NCBI GenBank assembly: GCA_002269645.1
Contig: NIVC01000038.1
Location: forward strand, 620,001 to 684,000
Source of the DNA: Macrostomum lignano
Lineage: Eukaryota
Direction: 5' to 3'
DNA: 64,000 nt
This document shows positions 48,321 to 61,964 of this stretch, in pieces. The notes under the pieces were generated by a model. That model worked only from the letters and a program-made list of their open reading frames with translations. It was not told the DNA's origin and did no database searches. Every line of letters begins with the position of its first letter. Within the stretch, counting starts at the first letter, position 1. Made by a program: the position numbers and the translations under genes.

Positions 48321-48854
48321 TCGCGAGGGTAACATTATTATTATTACATACTCAACGCGTACAGACGGTATCAGGAACAATACAGACAGGACACAAGGAA
48401 TTGCAGCGCCTAAATTACTAGACTGGACAAAACAGAAAGGACCGAAAGTATATTGTAGGTCGGGCAGGCAGACTGCAAGCCTCACCCTAAATTAAACTGG
48501 AAATCTATATTTTAGATATTTCAGTAGATATATTTAAGGATTAGCGAGAATTAAGGACAGAAAAACAAATTTGGCGTAGATTTAAAATTATTTGACGTAT
48601 TTATTGGGTTGGGTGGGGGCAGCATCTATGCAGACTCCCTAATTACTCGAGAACTTTCCCGTCTTCATCGACTTGCTCCTTTCAGCCAATCAGCAGGTGA
48701 CCCGCCTCACTGGGCAGTAGGGCTCTCTCAGTCTTGTCCATAAATTCCTTTTCTTAAGCCAGAAAGCAGTAGTTTTTATTGGCTAATTAGCTCTGTTTTT
48801 AAAAAAAAACAACCAGATTAACAGCAATCAAATAATTGATTTTAAATTCTAAAA

Positions 48855-49043
48855 ATGGGAATACAATCCAACGGCAGCAACGGTGCCGACCGGACGCAAG
48901 ATTCTAGCGACGACTCAATGCTGGAATGGGACATTGTCAAGAAGGTGTTCCTCGGACTCTTGCTGTTCAGCTTCAGTCTGGCTACCTCGGTGGGCAATGC
49001 GCTGGTATTGCACGCTGTCAGGACCGAGAAACGGCTGCAGACG
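48855..49043 (+). CDS. HRH1: Histamine H1-like aminergic GPCR, exon 1 (N-terminus, TM1)
   Basis: SVGNALVLHAVRTEKRLQT|gtgagg, phase 0; compare recalled HRH1 LVLYAVRSERKLHT. Confidence 0.88.
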
Positions 49044-49299
49044 GTGAGGCAAAGGACTTAAAAAAACTTCGATTCGTATTTGAAAATCGTCGACCCGTGT
49101 CCTTACGCAAAGAATGCACTGCAGTCATTGTGGATACATTTTCTTTTTCTTAAGCACAACAAATAGCAATAAATTCTATAAAATGAAAACTTCCGTCTCG
49201 ATAGAGAGAGCAGGAGAGCCTAGGAGGCCCGCCCCTGCTCAAACAGCTTGTGGTTAACTTCCTCAAGATTATTGTAAATCTGAATGAGCTTCGCTTCAC

Positions 49300-49500
49300 A
49301 CTCAGTGAACACGGGGACTGTGCACACTCTGTCACACAACAGAGGCAAGAGGCATTACTGCCCATTTCACCGACTTCCCTGAGCACACACACACGCACAC
49401 GGATGCGTACGCAGTCATAGGCACACACACACACACTCACACAGGAGTGTACAGCAGCCCTAACTTTATTTATCGCTAGGCATGTACACTTCACTGTGCC
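49300..49500 (-). repeat. Unassigned dispersed repeat, copy 4 of 6 (inverted partner of 61965-62160)
   Basis: The reverse complement shares GTGTACATGCCTA.CGATAAATAAAGTTAGGGC, CTATG.ACTGCGTACG and GGCAGTAATGCCTCT with the copy at 61965. Confidence 0.75.
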
Positions 49501-49992
49501 TTGGGGGTTGGCCTTCTATAGGGCGTTAATTGCACGAGCAGAGCCAAGCCGAGATTCCAATTTAGCCCCAAAATTAATGCGACTGCACTTGGAATCGAGC
49601 CTGGGCGGCTGGCACATCAGAGCGCCGCACTAGACCTCCATCAAGTGATAAAAAGTTTGAATTTTAGCAGCTTGAAATCTTTATCTTTAAGCCGGCGTTT
49701 AAATTGCATCAATTCATAATAAGATGCATGCAGCCAGACCGTGATCTTTCTGAAGCGCACTTTATCATTTTGAGAGGGATGCCCAGAGGCAATACGAGTA
49801 TATATTGCTTTTTGTCTGCACACGAGGGCTCTCGAATGAATACTGGGTTAGGCTGTGTGAAATACGCCCAACGATTGCAGCCATAAAATAGCACTTCTGT
49901 TTCCACAAGGAAATAAAAGCTTATGTATATGTTGATGATAAAACTAAACCGGAATAAATGTGAATAGATAGACACATAGATAGATGAGAAAT

Positions 49993-50471
<479 letters not shown>

Positions 50472-51460
50472 TTCTAGCGAACCATTGTCTAAGGTAATCA
50501 ATCACAGAATCACAGAGTTAGAGCTAGCGGTGCAATTTCTTGCATCTGTCATCGTGTCATCACCAGTTCCGTGCTACGGCAGAAAGGAATCCATATACCA
50601 GGTATCTGTCCTTCCAGGTTTTCGACCCGCTAAAACTCCTTACCCTGAGGTTTCAATCTTTCCAATTTTTTCCGGGGTTCTTGTAGTTTTTTGTCCGCCT
50701 GTCTACCTGCGCCCGTGCACCTGCAAGTTAGTAAAGGATTGATCGGCTAATGAGATGGGAGAAAGAGACAGACAGACAGACAGAGAACCAAAGCAGCAAT
50801 GCTTCTAGTTGTTTACTTTCAAACTGGATTTTCGAAGAATGGGCAGAATTTGAGCCGTCAACTCCAGATGGAGGGACGATCATTATTTATTGTCAATTAT
50901 CTGTTGAGATCTTTTGAGAAGCACAAAATCATATTGTGGTAGAACAGTCAGTGCAATAAGCAGATATGATGACAGGATTGACTAAGAGTACAGCAAAGAT
51001 GCACTTTCAAGAATTATGCAAATTTGTTGCGATATTCAGTGTCGGAAATCCCAAATGCGAGCCCATTTGGCCAATGGAACTGGCATAGCTCGTAGAGGCC
51101 TGGATCTCCTCAACGAATGCTAATCTGTGATCTTCAAGCAATTTTTGTGACCAAAGAAGCAGACTGCAGTATGAGGAAGAAGCTGCGGTTCGAGAGAGTG
51201 CTGGAGAAGAAGTGGAGTGTTCGAGTTTATTAATTATTCATAACTTGCCTTGGCCAGGGAGTAATTGATTTTGCAGTAGTTGTTTTGTTCTTTCTGATAT
51301 GTTTACCAGTCTCAGGTTCTGTCTGGCTGTCTGGCTAGACTGTTTGTTCTCCCACGCTTGTATGATGGTCTTTGTAAGTTGAGTTGTACTTGCTGCTAAT
51401 ACTCGTAACTGAGGTTATTCAGACTACGGAATACCGCTTGGTTCACCTGGCTATTCGGTC

Positions 51461-54400
51461 AGGGAGCGCCAAAGCTACAGCAATAGGGGCGCCAAAGCCA
51501 CAGCAAGGGGGCGCTCAAAAGCTACAGCAATAGGGCCGCCAAAGCTACACAGCAATAGGGCCGCCAAAGCTACACAGCAATAGGGCCGCCAAAGCTACAC
51601 AGCAATAGGGGCGCTAAAGCTACACAGCAATAGGGGCGCCAAAGCTACACAGCAATAGGGGCGCCAAAGCCACAGCAAGGGGGCGCTCAAAAGCTACAGC
51701 AATAGGGCCGCCAAAGCTACACAGCAATAGGGGCGCTAAAGCTACAGCAATAGGGGCGCCAAAGCTACAGCAATAGGGCCGCCAAAGCTACACAGCAATA
51801 GGGGCGCCAAAGTTACAGCAAGGAGGCGCCTAAAGCTACAGCAATAGGGGCGCCAAAGCTACAGCAATGGGGGCGCCAAAGCTACACAGCAATAGGGGCG
51901 CCAAAGTTACAGCAAGGAGGCGCTCAAAAGCTACAGCAATAGGGGCGCTAAAGCTACAGCAATAGGGGCGCCAAAGCTACAGCAATGGGGGCGCCAAAGC
52001 TACAGCAAGGGGGCGCTCAAAAGCTACAGCAAGGGGGCACCAAAGCTACAGCAAGAGGAGCGCCAAAGCCACAACAAGGGGGCACCAAAGCTACAGCAAT
52101 AGGGGCGCCTAAAGCTACAGCAATAGGGGCGCTAAAGCTACAGCAAGGGCGTGCCAAAGCTACAGCAATAGGAGCGCCAAAGCTACAGCAATAGGGGCGC
52201 CAAAGCTACAGCAATAGGAGCGATAAAGCTACAGCAATAGGAGCGTCAAAGCTACAGCAATAGGAGCATCAAAGCTACAGCAATAGGAGCGTCAAAGCTA
52301 CAGCAATAGGAGCATCAAAGCTACAGCAATAGGAGCGCCAAAGCTACAGCAATAGGGGCGCCAAAGCTACAGCAATAGGGGCGCCAAAGCTACAGCAATA
52401 GGAGCGTCAAAGCTACAGCAATAGGAGCGCCAAAGCTACAGCAATAGGGGCGCCAAAGCTACAGCAATAGGAGCGTCAAAGCTACAGCAATAGGAGCATC
52501 AAAGCTACAGCAATAGGAGCGCCAAAGCTACAGCAATAGGAGCATCAAAGCTACAGCAATAGGAGCGTCAAAGCTACAGCAATAGGAGCATCAAAGCTAC
52601 AGCAATAGGAGCGCCAAAGCTACAACAATAGGGGCGCCAAAGCTACAGCAATAGGAGCGCCAAAGCTACAGCAATAGGAGCATCAAAGCTACAGCAAGAG
52701 GAGCGCCAAAGCCACAACAAGGGGGCACCAAAGCTACAGCAATAGGAGCGCCAAAGCTACAGCAATAGGAGCATCAAAGCTACAGCAATAGGAGCGCCAA
52801 AGCCACAACAAGGGGGCACCAAAGCTACAGCAATAGGAGCGCCAAAGCTACAGCAATAGGAGCATCAAAGCTACAGCAATAGGAGCGCCAAAGCCACAAC
52901 AAGGGGGCACCAAAGCTACAGCAATAGGAGCGCCAAAGCTACAGCAATAGGAGCATCAAAGCTACAGCAAGAGGAGCGCCAAAGCCACAACAAGGGGGCA
53001 CCAAAGCTACAGCAATAGGAGCGCCAAAGCTACAGCAATAGGAGCATCAAAGCTACAGCAATAGGAGCGCCAAAGCCACAACAAGGGGGCACCAAAGCTA
53101 CAGCAATAGGAGCGCCAAAGCTACAGCAATAGGAGCATCAAAGCTACAGCAATAGGAGCGCCAAAGCCACAACAAGGGGGCACCAAAGCTACAGCAATAG
53201 GAGCGCCAAAGCCACAACAAGGGGGCACCAAAGCTACAGCAATAGGAGCGCCAAAGCTACAGCAATAGGAGCATCAAAGCTACAGCAATAGGGCCGCCAA
53301 AGCTACACAGCAATAGGGGCGCTAAAGCTACAGCAATAGGGGCGCCAAAGCTACAGCAATAGGGCCGCCAAAGCTACACAGCAATAGGGGCGCCAAAGTT
53401 ACAGCAAGGAGGCGCCTAAAGCTACAGCAATAGGGGCGCCAAAGCTACAGCAATGGGGGCGCCAAAGCTACACAGCAATAGGGGCGCCAAAGTTACAGCA
53501 AGGAGGCGCTCAAAAGCTACAGCAATAGGGGCGCTAAAGCTACAGCAATAGGGGCGCCAAAGCTACAGCAATGGGGGCGCCAAAGCTACAGCAAGGGGGC
53601 GCTCAAAAGCTACAGCAAGGGGGCACCAAAGCTACAGCAAGAGGAGCGCCAAAGCCACAACAAGGGGGCACCAAAGCTACAGCAATAGGAGCGCCAAAGC
53701 TACAGCAATAGGGGCGCCAAAGCTACAGCAATAGGAGCGTCAAAGCTACAGCAATAGGAGCATCAAAGCTACAGCAATAGGAGCGCCAAAGCTACAGCAA
53801 TAGGGGCGCCAAAGCTACAGCAATAGGGGCGCCAAAGCTACAGCAATAGGAGCGTCAAAGCTACAGCAATAGGAGCATCAAAGCTACAGCAATAGGAGCG
53901 CCAAAGCTACAGCAATAGGGGCGCCAAAGCTACAGCAATAGGGGCGCCAAAGCTACAGCAATAGGAGCGTCAAAGCTACAGCAATAGGAGCGCCAAAGCT
54001 ACAGCAATAGGGGCGCCAAAGCTACAGCAATAGGAGCGTCAAAGCTACAGCAATAGGAGCATCAAAGCTACAGCAATAGGAGCATCAAAGCTACAGCAAT
54101 AGGAGCGCCAAAGCTACAGCAATAGGAGCATCAAAGCTACAGCAATAGGAGCGTCAAAGCTACAGCAATAGGAGCATCAAAGCTACAGCAATAGGAGCGC
54201 CAAAGCTACAACAATAGGGGCGCCAAAGCTACAGCAATAGGAGCGCCAAAGCTACAGCAATAGGAGCATCAAAGCTACAGCAATAGGAGCGCCAAAGCTA
54301 CAACAATAGGGGCGCCAAAGCTACAGCAATAGGAGCGCCAAAGCTACAGCAATAGGAGCATCAAAGCTACAGCAAGAGGAGCGCCAAAGCCACAACAAGG

Positions 54401-57400
54401 GGGCACCAAAGCTACAGCAATAGGAGCGCCAAAGCTACAGCAATAGGAGCATCAAAGCTACAGCAATAGGAGCGCCAAAGCCACAACAAGGGGGCACCAA
54501 AGCTACAGCAATAGGAGCGCCAAAGCTACAGCAATAGGAGCATCAAAGCTACAGCAATAGGAGCGCCAAAGCCACAACAAGGGGGCACCAAAGCTACAGC
54601 AATAGGAGCGCCAAAGCTACAGCAATAGGAGCATCAAAGCTACAGCAATAGGGCCGCCAAAGCTACACAGCAATAGGGGCGCTAAAGCTACAGCAATAGG
54701 GGCGCCAAAGCTACAGCAATAGGGCCGCCAAAGCTACACAGCAATAGGGGCGCCAAAGTTACAGCAAGGAGGCGCCTAAAGCTACAGCAATAGGGGCGCC
54801 AAAGCTACAGCAATGGGGGCGCCAAAGCTACACAGCAATAGGGGCGCCAAAGTTACAGCAAGGAGGCGCTCAAAAGCTACAGCAATAGGGGCGCTAAAGC
54901 TACAGCAATAGGGGCGCCAAAGCTACAGCAATGGGGGCGCCAAAGCTACAGCAAGGGGGCGCTCAAAAGCTACAGCAATAGGGGCGCTAAAGCTACAGCA
55001 ATAGGGGCGCCAAAGCTACAGCAATAGGGGCGCCAAAGCTACAGCAATAGGAGCGTCAAAGCTACAGCAATAGGAGCATCAAAGCTACAGCAATAGGAGC
55101 GCCAAAGCTACAGCAATAGGGGCGCCAAAGCTACAGCAATAGGGGCGCCAAAGCTACAGCAATAGGAGCGTCAAAGCTACAGCAATAGGAGCGCCAAAGC
55201 TACAGCAATAGGGGCGCCAAAGCTACAGCAATAGGAGCGTCAAAGCTACAGCAATAGGAGCATCAAAGCTACAGCAATAGGAGCGCCAAAGCTACAGCAA
55301 TAGGAGCATCAAAGCTACAGCAATAGGAGCGTCAAAGCTACAGCAATAGGAGCATCAAAGCTACAGCAATAGGAGCGCCAAAGCTACAACAATAGGGGCG
55401 CCAAAGCTACAGCAATAGGAGCGCCAAAGCTACAGCAATAGGAGCATCAAAGCTACAGCAAGAGGAGCGCCAAAGCCACAACAAGGGGGCACCAAAGCTA
55501 CAGCAATAGGAGCGCCAAAGCTACAGCAATAGGAGCATCAAAGCTACAGCAATAGGAGCGCCAAAGCCACAACAAGGGGGCACCAAAGCTACAGCAATAG
55601 GAGCGCCAAAGCTACAGCAATAGGAGCATCAAAGCTACAGCAATAGGAGCGCCAAAGCCACAACAAGGGGGCACCAAAGCTACAGCAATAGGAGCGCCAA
55701 ACTACAGCAATAGGAGCATCAAAGCTACAGCAATAGGAGCGCCAAAGCCACAACAAGGGGGCACCAAAGCTACAGCAATAGGAGCGCCAAAGCTACAGCA
55801 ATAGGAGCATCAAAGCTACAGCAATAGGGCCGCCAAAGCTACACAGCAATAGGGGCGCTAAAGCTACAGCAATAGGGGCGCCAAAGCTACAGCAATAGGG
55901 CCGCCAAAGCTACACAGCAATAGGGGCGCCAAAGTTACAGCAAGGAGGCGCCTAAAGCTACAGCAATAGGGGCGCCAAAGCTACAGCAATGGGGGCGCCA
56001 AAGCTACACAGCAATAGGGGCGCCAAAGTTACAGCAAGGAGGCGCTCAAAAGCTACAGCAATAGGGGCGCTAAAGCTACAGCAATAGGGGCGCCAAAGCT
56101 ACAGCAATGGGGGCGCCAAAGCTACAGCAAGGGGGCGCTCAAAAGCTACAGCAAGGGGGCACCAAAGCTACAGCAAGAGGAGCGCCAAAGCCACAACAAG
56201 GGGGCACCAAAGCTACAGCAATAGGGGCGCCTAAAGCTACAGCAATAGGGGCGCTAAAGCTACAGCAAGGGCGTGCCAAAGCTACAGCAATAGGAGCGCC
56301 AAAGCTACAGCAATAGGGGCGCCAAAGCTACAGCAATAGGAGCGATAAAGCTACAGCAATAGGAGCGTCAAAGCTACAGCAATAGGAGCATCAAAGCTAC
56401 AGCAATAGGAGCGTCAAAGCTACAGCAATAGGAGCATCAAAGCTACAGCAATAGGAGCGCCAAAGCTACAGCAATAGGGGCGCCAAAGCTACAGCAATAG
56501 GGGCGCCAAAGCTACAGCAATAGGAGCGTCAAAGCTACAGCAATAGGAGCGCCAAAGCTACAGCAATAGGGGCGCCAAAGCTACAGCAATAGGAGCGTCA
56601 AAGCTACAGCAATAGGAGCATCAAAGCTACAGCAATAGGAGCGCCAAAGCTACAGCAATAGGAGCATCAAAGCTACAGCAATAGGAGCGTCAAAGCTACA
56701 GCAATAGGAGCATCAAAGCTACAGCAATAGGAGCGCCAAAGCTACAACAATAGGGGCGCCAAAGCTACAGCAATAGGAGCGCCAAAGCTACAGCAATAGG
56801 AGCATCAAAGCTACAGCAAGAGGAGCGCCAAAGCCACAACAAGGGGGCACCAAAGCTACAGCAATAGGAGCGCCAAAGCTACAGCAATAGGAGCATCAAA
56901 GCTACAGCAATAGGAGCGCCAAAGCCACAACAAGGGGGCACCAAAGCTACAGCAATAGGAGCGCCAAAGCTACAGCAATAGGAGCATCAAAGCTACAGCA
57001 ATAGGAGCGCCAAAGCCACAACAAGGGGGCACCAAAGCTACAGCAATAGGAGCGCCAAAGCTACAGCAATAGGAGCATCAAAGCTACAGCAATAGGAGCG
57101 CCAAAGCCACAACAAGGGGGCACCAAAGCTACAGCAATAGGAGCGCCAAAGCTACAGCAATAGGAGCATCAAAGCTACAGCAATAGGAGCGCCAAAGCCA
57201 CAACAAGGGGGCACCAAAGCTACAGCAATAGGAGCGCCAAAGCTACAGCAATAGGAGCATCAAAGCTACAGCAATAGGAGCGCCAAAGCCACAACAAGGG
57301 GGCACCAAAGCTACAGCAATAGGAGCGCCAAAGCTACAGCAATAGGAGCATCAAAGCTACAGCAATAGGAGCGCCAAAGCCACAACAAGGGGGCACCAAA

Positions 57401-57607
57401 GCTACAGCAATAGGAGCGCCAAAGCTACAGCAATAGGAGCATCAAAGCTACAGCAATAGGAGCGCCAAAGCCACAACAAGGGGGCACCAAAGCTACAGCA
57501 ATAGGAGCGCCAAAGCTACAGCAATAGGAGCGTCAAAGCTACAGCAATAGGAGCGTCAAAGCTACAGCAATAGGAGCGCCAAAGCTACAACAATAGGGGC
57601 ATCAAAG
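51461..57607. repeat. 6.1-kb satellite of ~21-23 bp units (GGGGCGCCAAAGCTACAGCAATA) with higher-order structure
   Basis: The same variant block restarts at 51705, 53291, 54651 and 55827. Confidence 0.98.
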
Positions 57608-58075
57608 CTTTTACCGAGGAGGCAATCAAGGGGGCGGCGACACAAGAGGTACTTTTACGTAGACTTACGAGTACCTGCTGCAAGGCGGCTCAGTGAGAGC
57701 GCCAGCGGAGAAGCGGAAGTTTCTGACCTGTTTGCTTCCTCAAGCGTTTCCTGCAACGTGAGGGAAAGCCGGAATATGTGATAGATGTGTTCTTGGCTGA
57801 GCAACGCGTCAACAACTTTAAATAGCTGTAAGGTTTGCCAACTTTCTGACTGTTTAGTCAGGGTGAGGCAAAAGGACGCACCGAAAGTTAAGGAAATTTT
57901 GTTAATGGGCTTAGCATTTGCATTAAATTGAAGATCTTTCGGTTAGACAGAAGGCTGAGTATTTGTTTAGTCCGAACTAGGCGCAAAGTAATCTCATATT
58001 AATTTTTAAACAGCGTGTGAAGTCGAGAGGCAATTATGCCAAGAAGGAGTGATACCGCCTGATTATGTTGTTACT

Positions 58076-58447
58076 GGGATTTCCCTGACTGGGATTTCCC
58101 TGACTGGGATTTCCTGACTGGTATTTCCCTGACTGGGATTTACCGATTGGGATTTCCTCGACTGGAATTTCCCTAACTGCGATTTCCCCGACTTGGATTT
58201 CCCTGACTGAGATTTCCCAGATTGGTATTTCCCTGACTGGGATTTCCCTGACTGGGATTTTACCGATTGTGATTCTCCTGACTGTTATTTCCCTGACTGG
58301 GATTTTCCTAATATGGATTTCCCTAGCTGGGATTTCCCTAACTGGGATTTCCCTAATATGGATTACCCCGACTGGGATTTCCCCGATTGGGATTTCCCCG
58401 ACTTGGATTTCCTTGACTGATATTTCTTTGACTGGGGTTTCCCTGAC
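58076..58447. repeat. 15-bp degenerate tandem repeat (GGGATTTCCCTGACT), about 24 copies
   Basis: Directly visible. Confidence 0.93.
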
Positions 58448-59310
58448 TACGACGAAGTACTTTGACTTTGATAGACGACGAAGATTCTCTCAGTAGTTAT
58501 TTAAATATGATCGAAAGAAAACATCTACAAAAAGTTCTAACGTGCCACTAGTCGATTTGATAAAAACTAATTAAAATTTTCAAGCAGAAATTGTGTTTTA
58601 AATCAATTGCAAAAGAAGAAAAAACTATCGACTAGTTTTGTTTTATCTTATTAGTTTTTTGTCTTTATCTCTGTTTGCTTTTACACTCATTCTGCTTTTG
58701 ATGTCGACAGAAGCTGTGCTAGAAAGATGAGGAGTAACCAGCTAGAGGGCTTGGATAACAAAGTCTGAGGATTTCTCTCCGACTTGGTCATCCATTAGTG
58801 ATTAGTGTTGATGAAGAGCCTAATTCGCTTATTTGGATGAGCCCCCCCTCTCAGTTTGGGGGCGGGGGCGGTGGCGGAAACCGGACTCAGAGAGCCGGAG
58901 GGTAAGACGCCGGTTATTTTATGTGTTGTTCTCTCTTTGATTCTCAACAACTATAGAGAGCACAGCTAGAGGAGTTTGAGGCGAGATCAAAGCTTCAGCT
59001 CTGTTTGGTTGCTAACGCAGCTTCGCGTGGCCTGAGATTGTCCCGTCCATCTCCGCCTCTGTCTGTCTGTCTTTATTTATTTCTCGCGTGTTCGCGTGTT
59101 GAGGGAGGCAGGCGGTCTCGGGTTGACTGACAGCTACCTATAGTCCACAGGCTCTAGTTTAGCACGTTAAACTCAGCATATTCTTTGATCTGGCCCAATA
59201 TTTTACATCGTTTTGTTTTGAGTAAACTAAAACGTAATAAATTTAGATCAGATGCGCCACTTACAGGTTACAGGGTCATTGAACCTTATATATGCTTTTT
59301 TCAAGATCAA

Positions 59311-59603
59311 CGGTAATTAATAATTAGTAATTAAGAATAATTTACAACGCCTGCCCTAAATGGGCAGATGTGCAACCGACAGCTCAGCCACAGCTAGGTC
59401 CAAGGACTGGGGGGGGGGGTTGCCACCCACACCCTCAATTACCACAGCTAATTTTGGCACCCATTTTACAGCTGGTTAGATTGAAGCAATGCAGAGTTAA
59501 GTGTCTTGCTCAAGGACACAAATTGTTACGAGTATGTCGAGAATCGAACCCCCGACCTTGAAGTCGCGAAGCCCGATCCGCTTTAACCACTAGGCTGCAC
59601 CCC
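59311..59603 (-). mobile_element. Full-length tRNA-derived SINE
   Basis: Minus strand: A-box-like CAGCCTAGTGG, B box GGTTCGATTC, central GTGTCCTTGAGCAAGACACTTAAC...CTGTAAAATGGG (CORE/MIR-like) and an (ATT)-rich tail. Confidence 0.85.
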
Positions 59604-59751
59604 GTGTCTTTCAACAGTAGAAGCAAGAGTTTGACAAGAGACAAGAGTGCATGGGAAGCAGTGGATCAATGTGAGAAATCAATGGACGGGTCAACTGTAA
59701 GGCCAGTAATGAGGATCTTCCTCTCACTCTCTCTCTCTGTCCCTCTCTCAG

Positions 59752-59849
59752 GTGTGCAACATGTTTATCGTGTCCCTGGCATCAGCTGACCTGATAGTCG
59801 GCACCTTCGTTATGCCGATATCAGCAGTGTACGTTCTCACCGAGGACTG
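59752..59849 (+). CDS. HRH1: Histamine H1-like GPCR, exon 2 (TM2)
   Basis: tctcag|VCNMFIVSLASADLIVGTFVMPISAVYVLTED-W|gtgagt, phase 0 to 2. Confidence 0.92.
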
Positions 59850-60079
59850 GTGAGTAACCCAACAGACCTGAATCAATGCCTACTTACAGGTAAACTTTAT
59901 TAAAGCATCCGCTTTGTACTTTGTGCAGCGTTATTTTTAGGCTTGCAAATTAATCAAAGAAAACGTTGCCTGCTTTTTGCTCTTAACTGTATCGATTGTC
60001 ACAATTAGTGAAGCTAACAAACAAAGCCACTGCGCTTCACTACAAGCAGCCAAACCAAATCGAACGTGGCCCAGAAAGG

Positions 60080-60250
60080 GGCGCACACGCCTGACGATAA
60101 GAAAATCAACGATAGCCGCTGTACATGTACACCCAGTGTGAGCGTGTGCATGAGTTTGTGCCTGTGTACAGTATTGGCTTAGCCTGAATGTGCTCTCAAG
60201 AGTCAGAATTGCCGTCAACGCCGGATGTTGTGGGACGTTGTCTCCGAACA
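60080..60250 (+). repeat. Unassigned dispersed repeat, copy 5 of 6
   Basis: GCCTGACGATAAG...GCCGCTGTAC...GTGTGAGCGTGTGCATGAGTTTGTGCCTGTGTACAGT...GTCTCCGAA. Confidence 0.65.
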
Positions 60251-60738
60251 GAGACCATCCGTGAGCAGAACTTGGCAATCCGGAAGTCTTCAGCTAAACA
60301 GCTAAAAATCCGTCGAAAAAATCCAGCGCAAAAAATCTTTGAAAATCCTTCAAGTCGGGAAAAAGTCTGCCTTCAAGTTCGATTGAACTGGTTCGCAACA
60401 ACTGCAAGTGCAGAAGCCGGAAAGCCAAAAGCAACAATATCGCTGCGAGAGCAGTCAAGCAGATTTTCCTGCTCCTCTAGAAGTGGCTCTCTCAAAGCAG
60501 CTCGGAGTCCTGTTTTGGCCTCTGGGCAATCTTGAACTCGACTGGGCCAGATTTAGAAAGCAAACAGAAATGCCCGGAGGGTGGGTTACGCGGAAGACAA
60601 AAAGCGGCTCCTCAAAGAAGCAAAGAGAGATACGAGAAGACTTTCTGCCAACTTTGCTGGAAAATTGCATACTGATGTGCTGCGTTCACTGCAGCGAGTC
60701 AGTGCTGAAAACCTTTTACAGAATTGCCACTTTGCTTA

Positions 60739-60980
<242 letters not shown>

Positions 60981-61016
60981 GCTGTCCATCAGAGCCGACC
61001 CCGCTCCCAACCGCAG

Positions 61017-61254
61017 GGTGTTCGGCAGGCCGCTGTGCCAGCTGTGGCTGGCAGTGGACTACACCGCCAGCACGGCTTCCATTCTGAATCTGCTGATACT
61101 CAGCTTGGACAGGTACTGGTCTGTCTCCAACCCGCTGCTCTACCTGCCGAAGAGGACTAAGAATCGAGCCAGATTCATGATTTTCCTGGTGTGGGTCACC
61201 TCGGGTCTCTGGCTGATCCCAATATTCAGCTGGCATCGCCTTGTCAACGGTGGG
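61017..61254 (+). CDS. HRH1: Histamine H1-like GPCR, exon 3 (TM3-TM4)
   Basis: ccgcag|[37 protein letters not shown]...LWLIPIFSW...GG|gtgagt, phase 2 to 0. Confidence 0.95.
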
Positions 61255-61333
61255 GTGAGTGCTTTTTGAAGACTGCGGGGATGGGAGTGACTGACTCTGT
61301 GTTCATTTCTGCTCCGCGGTGAGCAGCATCCGC

Positions 61334-61935
61334 GGTAGAGTCTGGTAGAGTCTGGTGGAGTCTGGTAGAGTCTGGTGGAGTCTGGTGGAGTCTGGTGGAG
61401 TCTTGTGGAGTCTGGTAGAGTCTGGTGGAGTCTGGTAGAGTCTGTTGGAGTCTGGTAGAGTCTGATGGAGTCCTGTGGAGTCTGGTGGAGTCTGGTGGAG
61501 TCTGGTAGAGTCTGGTGGAGTCTGGTAGAGTCTGGTGAAGTCTGGTAGAGTCTGGGGAGAGTCTGGTGAAGTATGGTAAAGTCTGGTGGAGTCTGGTGAA
61601 GTCTGGTAGAGTCTGTTGGAGTCTGGTAGAGTCTGTTGGAGTCTGGTAGAGTCTGATGGAGTCCTGTGGAGTCTGGTGGAGTCTGGTGGAGTCTGGTAGA
61701 GTCTGGTGGAGTCTGGTAGAGTCTGGTGAAGTCTGGTAGAGTCTGGGGAGAGTCTGGTGAAGTATGGTAAAGTCTGGTGGAGTCTGGTGGAGTCTGGTAG
61801 AGTCTGGTGGAGTCTGGTAGAGTCTGGGGAGAGTCTGTTGAAGTATGGTGGAGTCTGGGGGGAGTCTGGTGGAGTCTGGTGGAGTTGAATGGAGTCGAAG
61901 AGAGTCTGGTGGAGTCTGGGAGAGTCTGGTGGAGT
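61334..61935. repeat. 10-bp satellite GAGTCTGGT(A/G) at the donor end of HRH1 intron 3
   Basis: About 58 degenerate copies. Confidence 0.95.
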
Positions 61936-61964
61936 CTAAGGTGTTTAAGGACCAACCTTAAAAG

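Noticed and set aside
58269-58496. Pentapeptide-repeat-like ORF (ISLTG)
   Set aside because: It follows from the 15-bp period; units carry frameshifting indels, with no start or splice support.
59535-59603. tRNA gene
   Set aside because: The tRNA-like head continues into a SINE core and tail and lacks a proper acceptor stem and CCA-side end. No true tRNA or rRNA genes were seen in the window.
60088-60110. Hammerhead ribozyme core (CTGACGA...GAAA)
   Set aside because: Only 3 nt separate the two motifs, so there is no stem II, and the motif is not conserved in other copies of the repeat.
60993-61016. Alternative upstream acceptor for HRH1 exon 3 (catcag|AGCC)
   Set aside because: Joining to exon 2 creates TG+A = TGA stop; the 61017 acceptor restores the conserved Trp.
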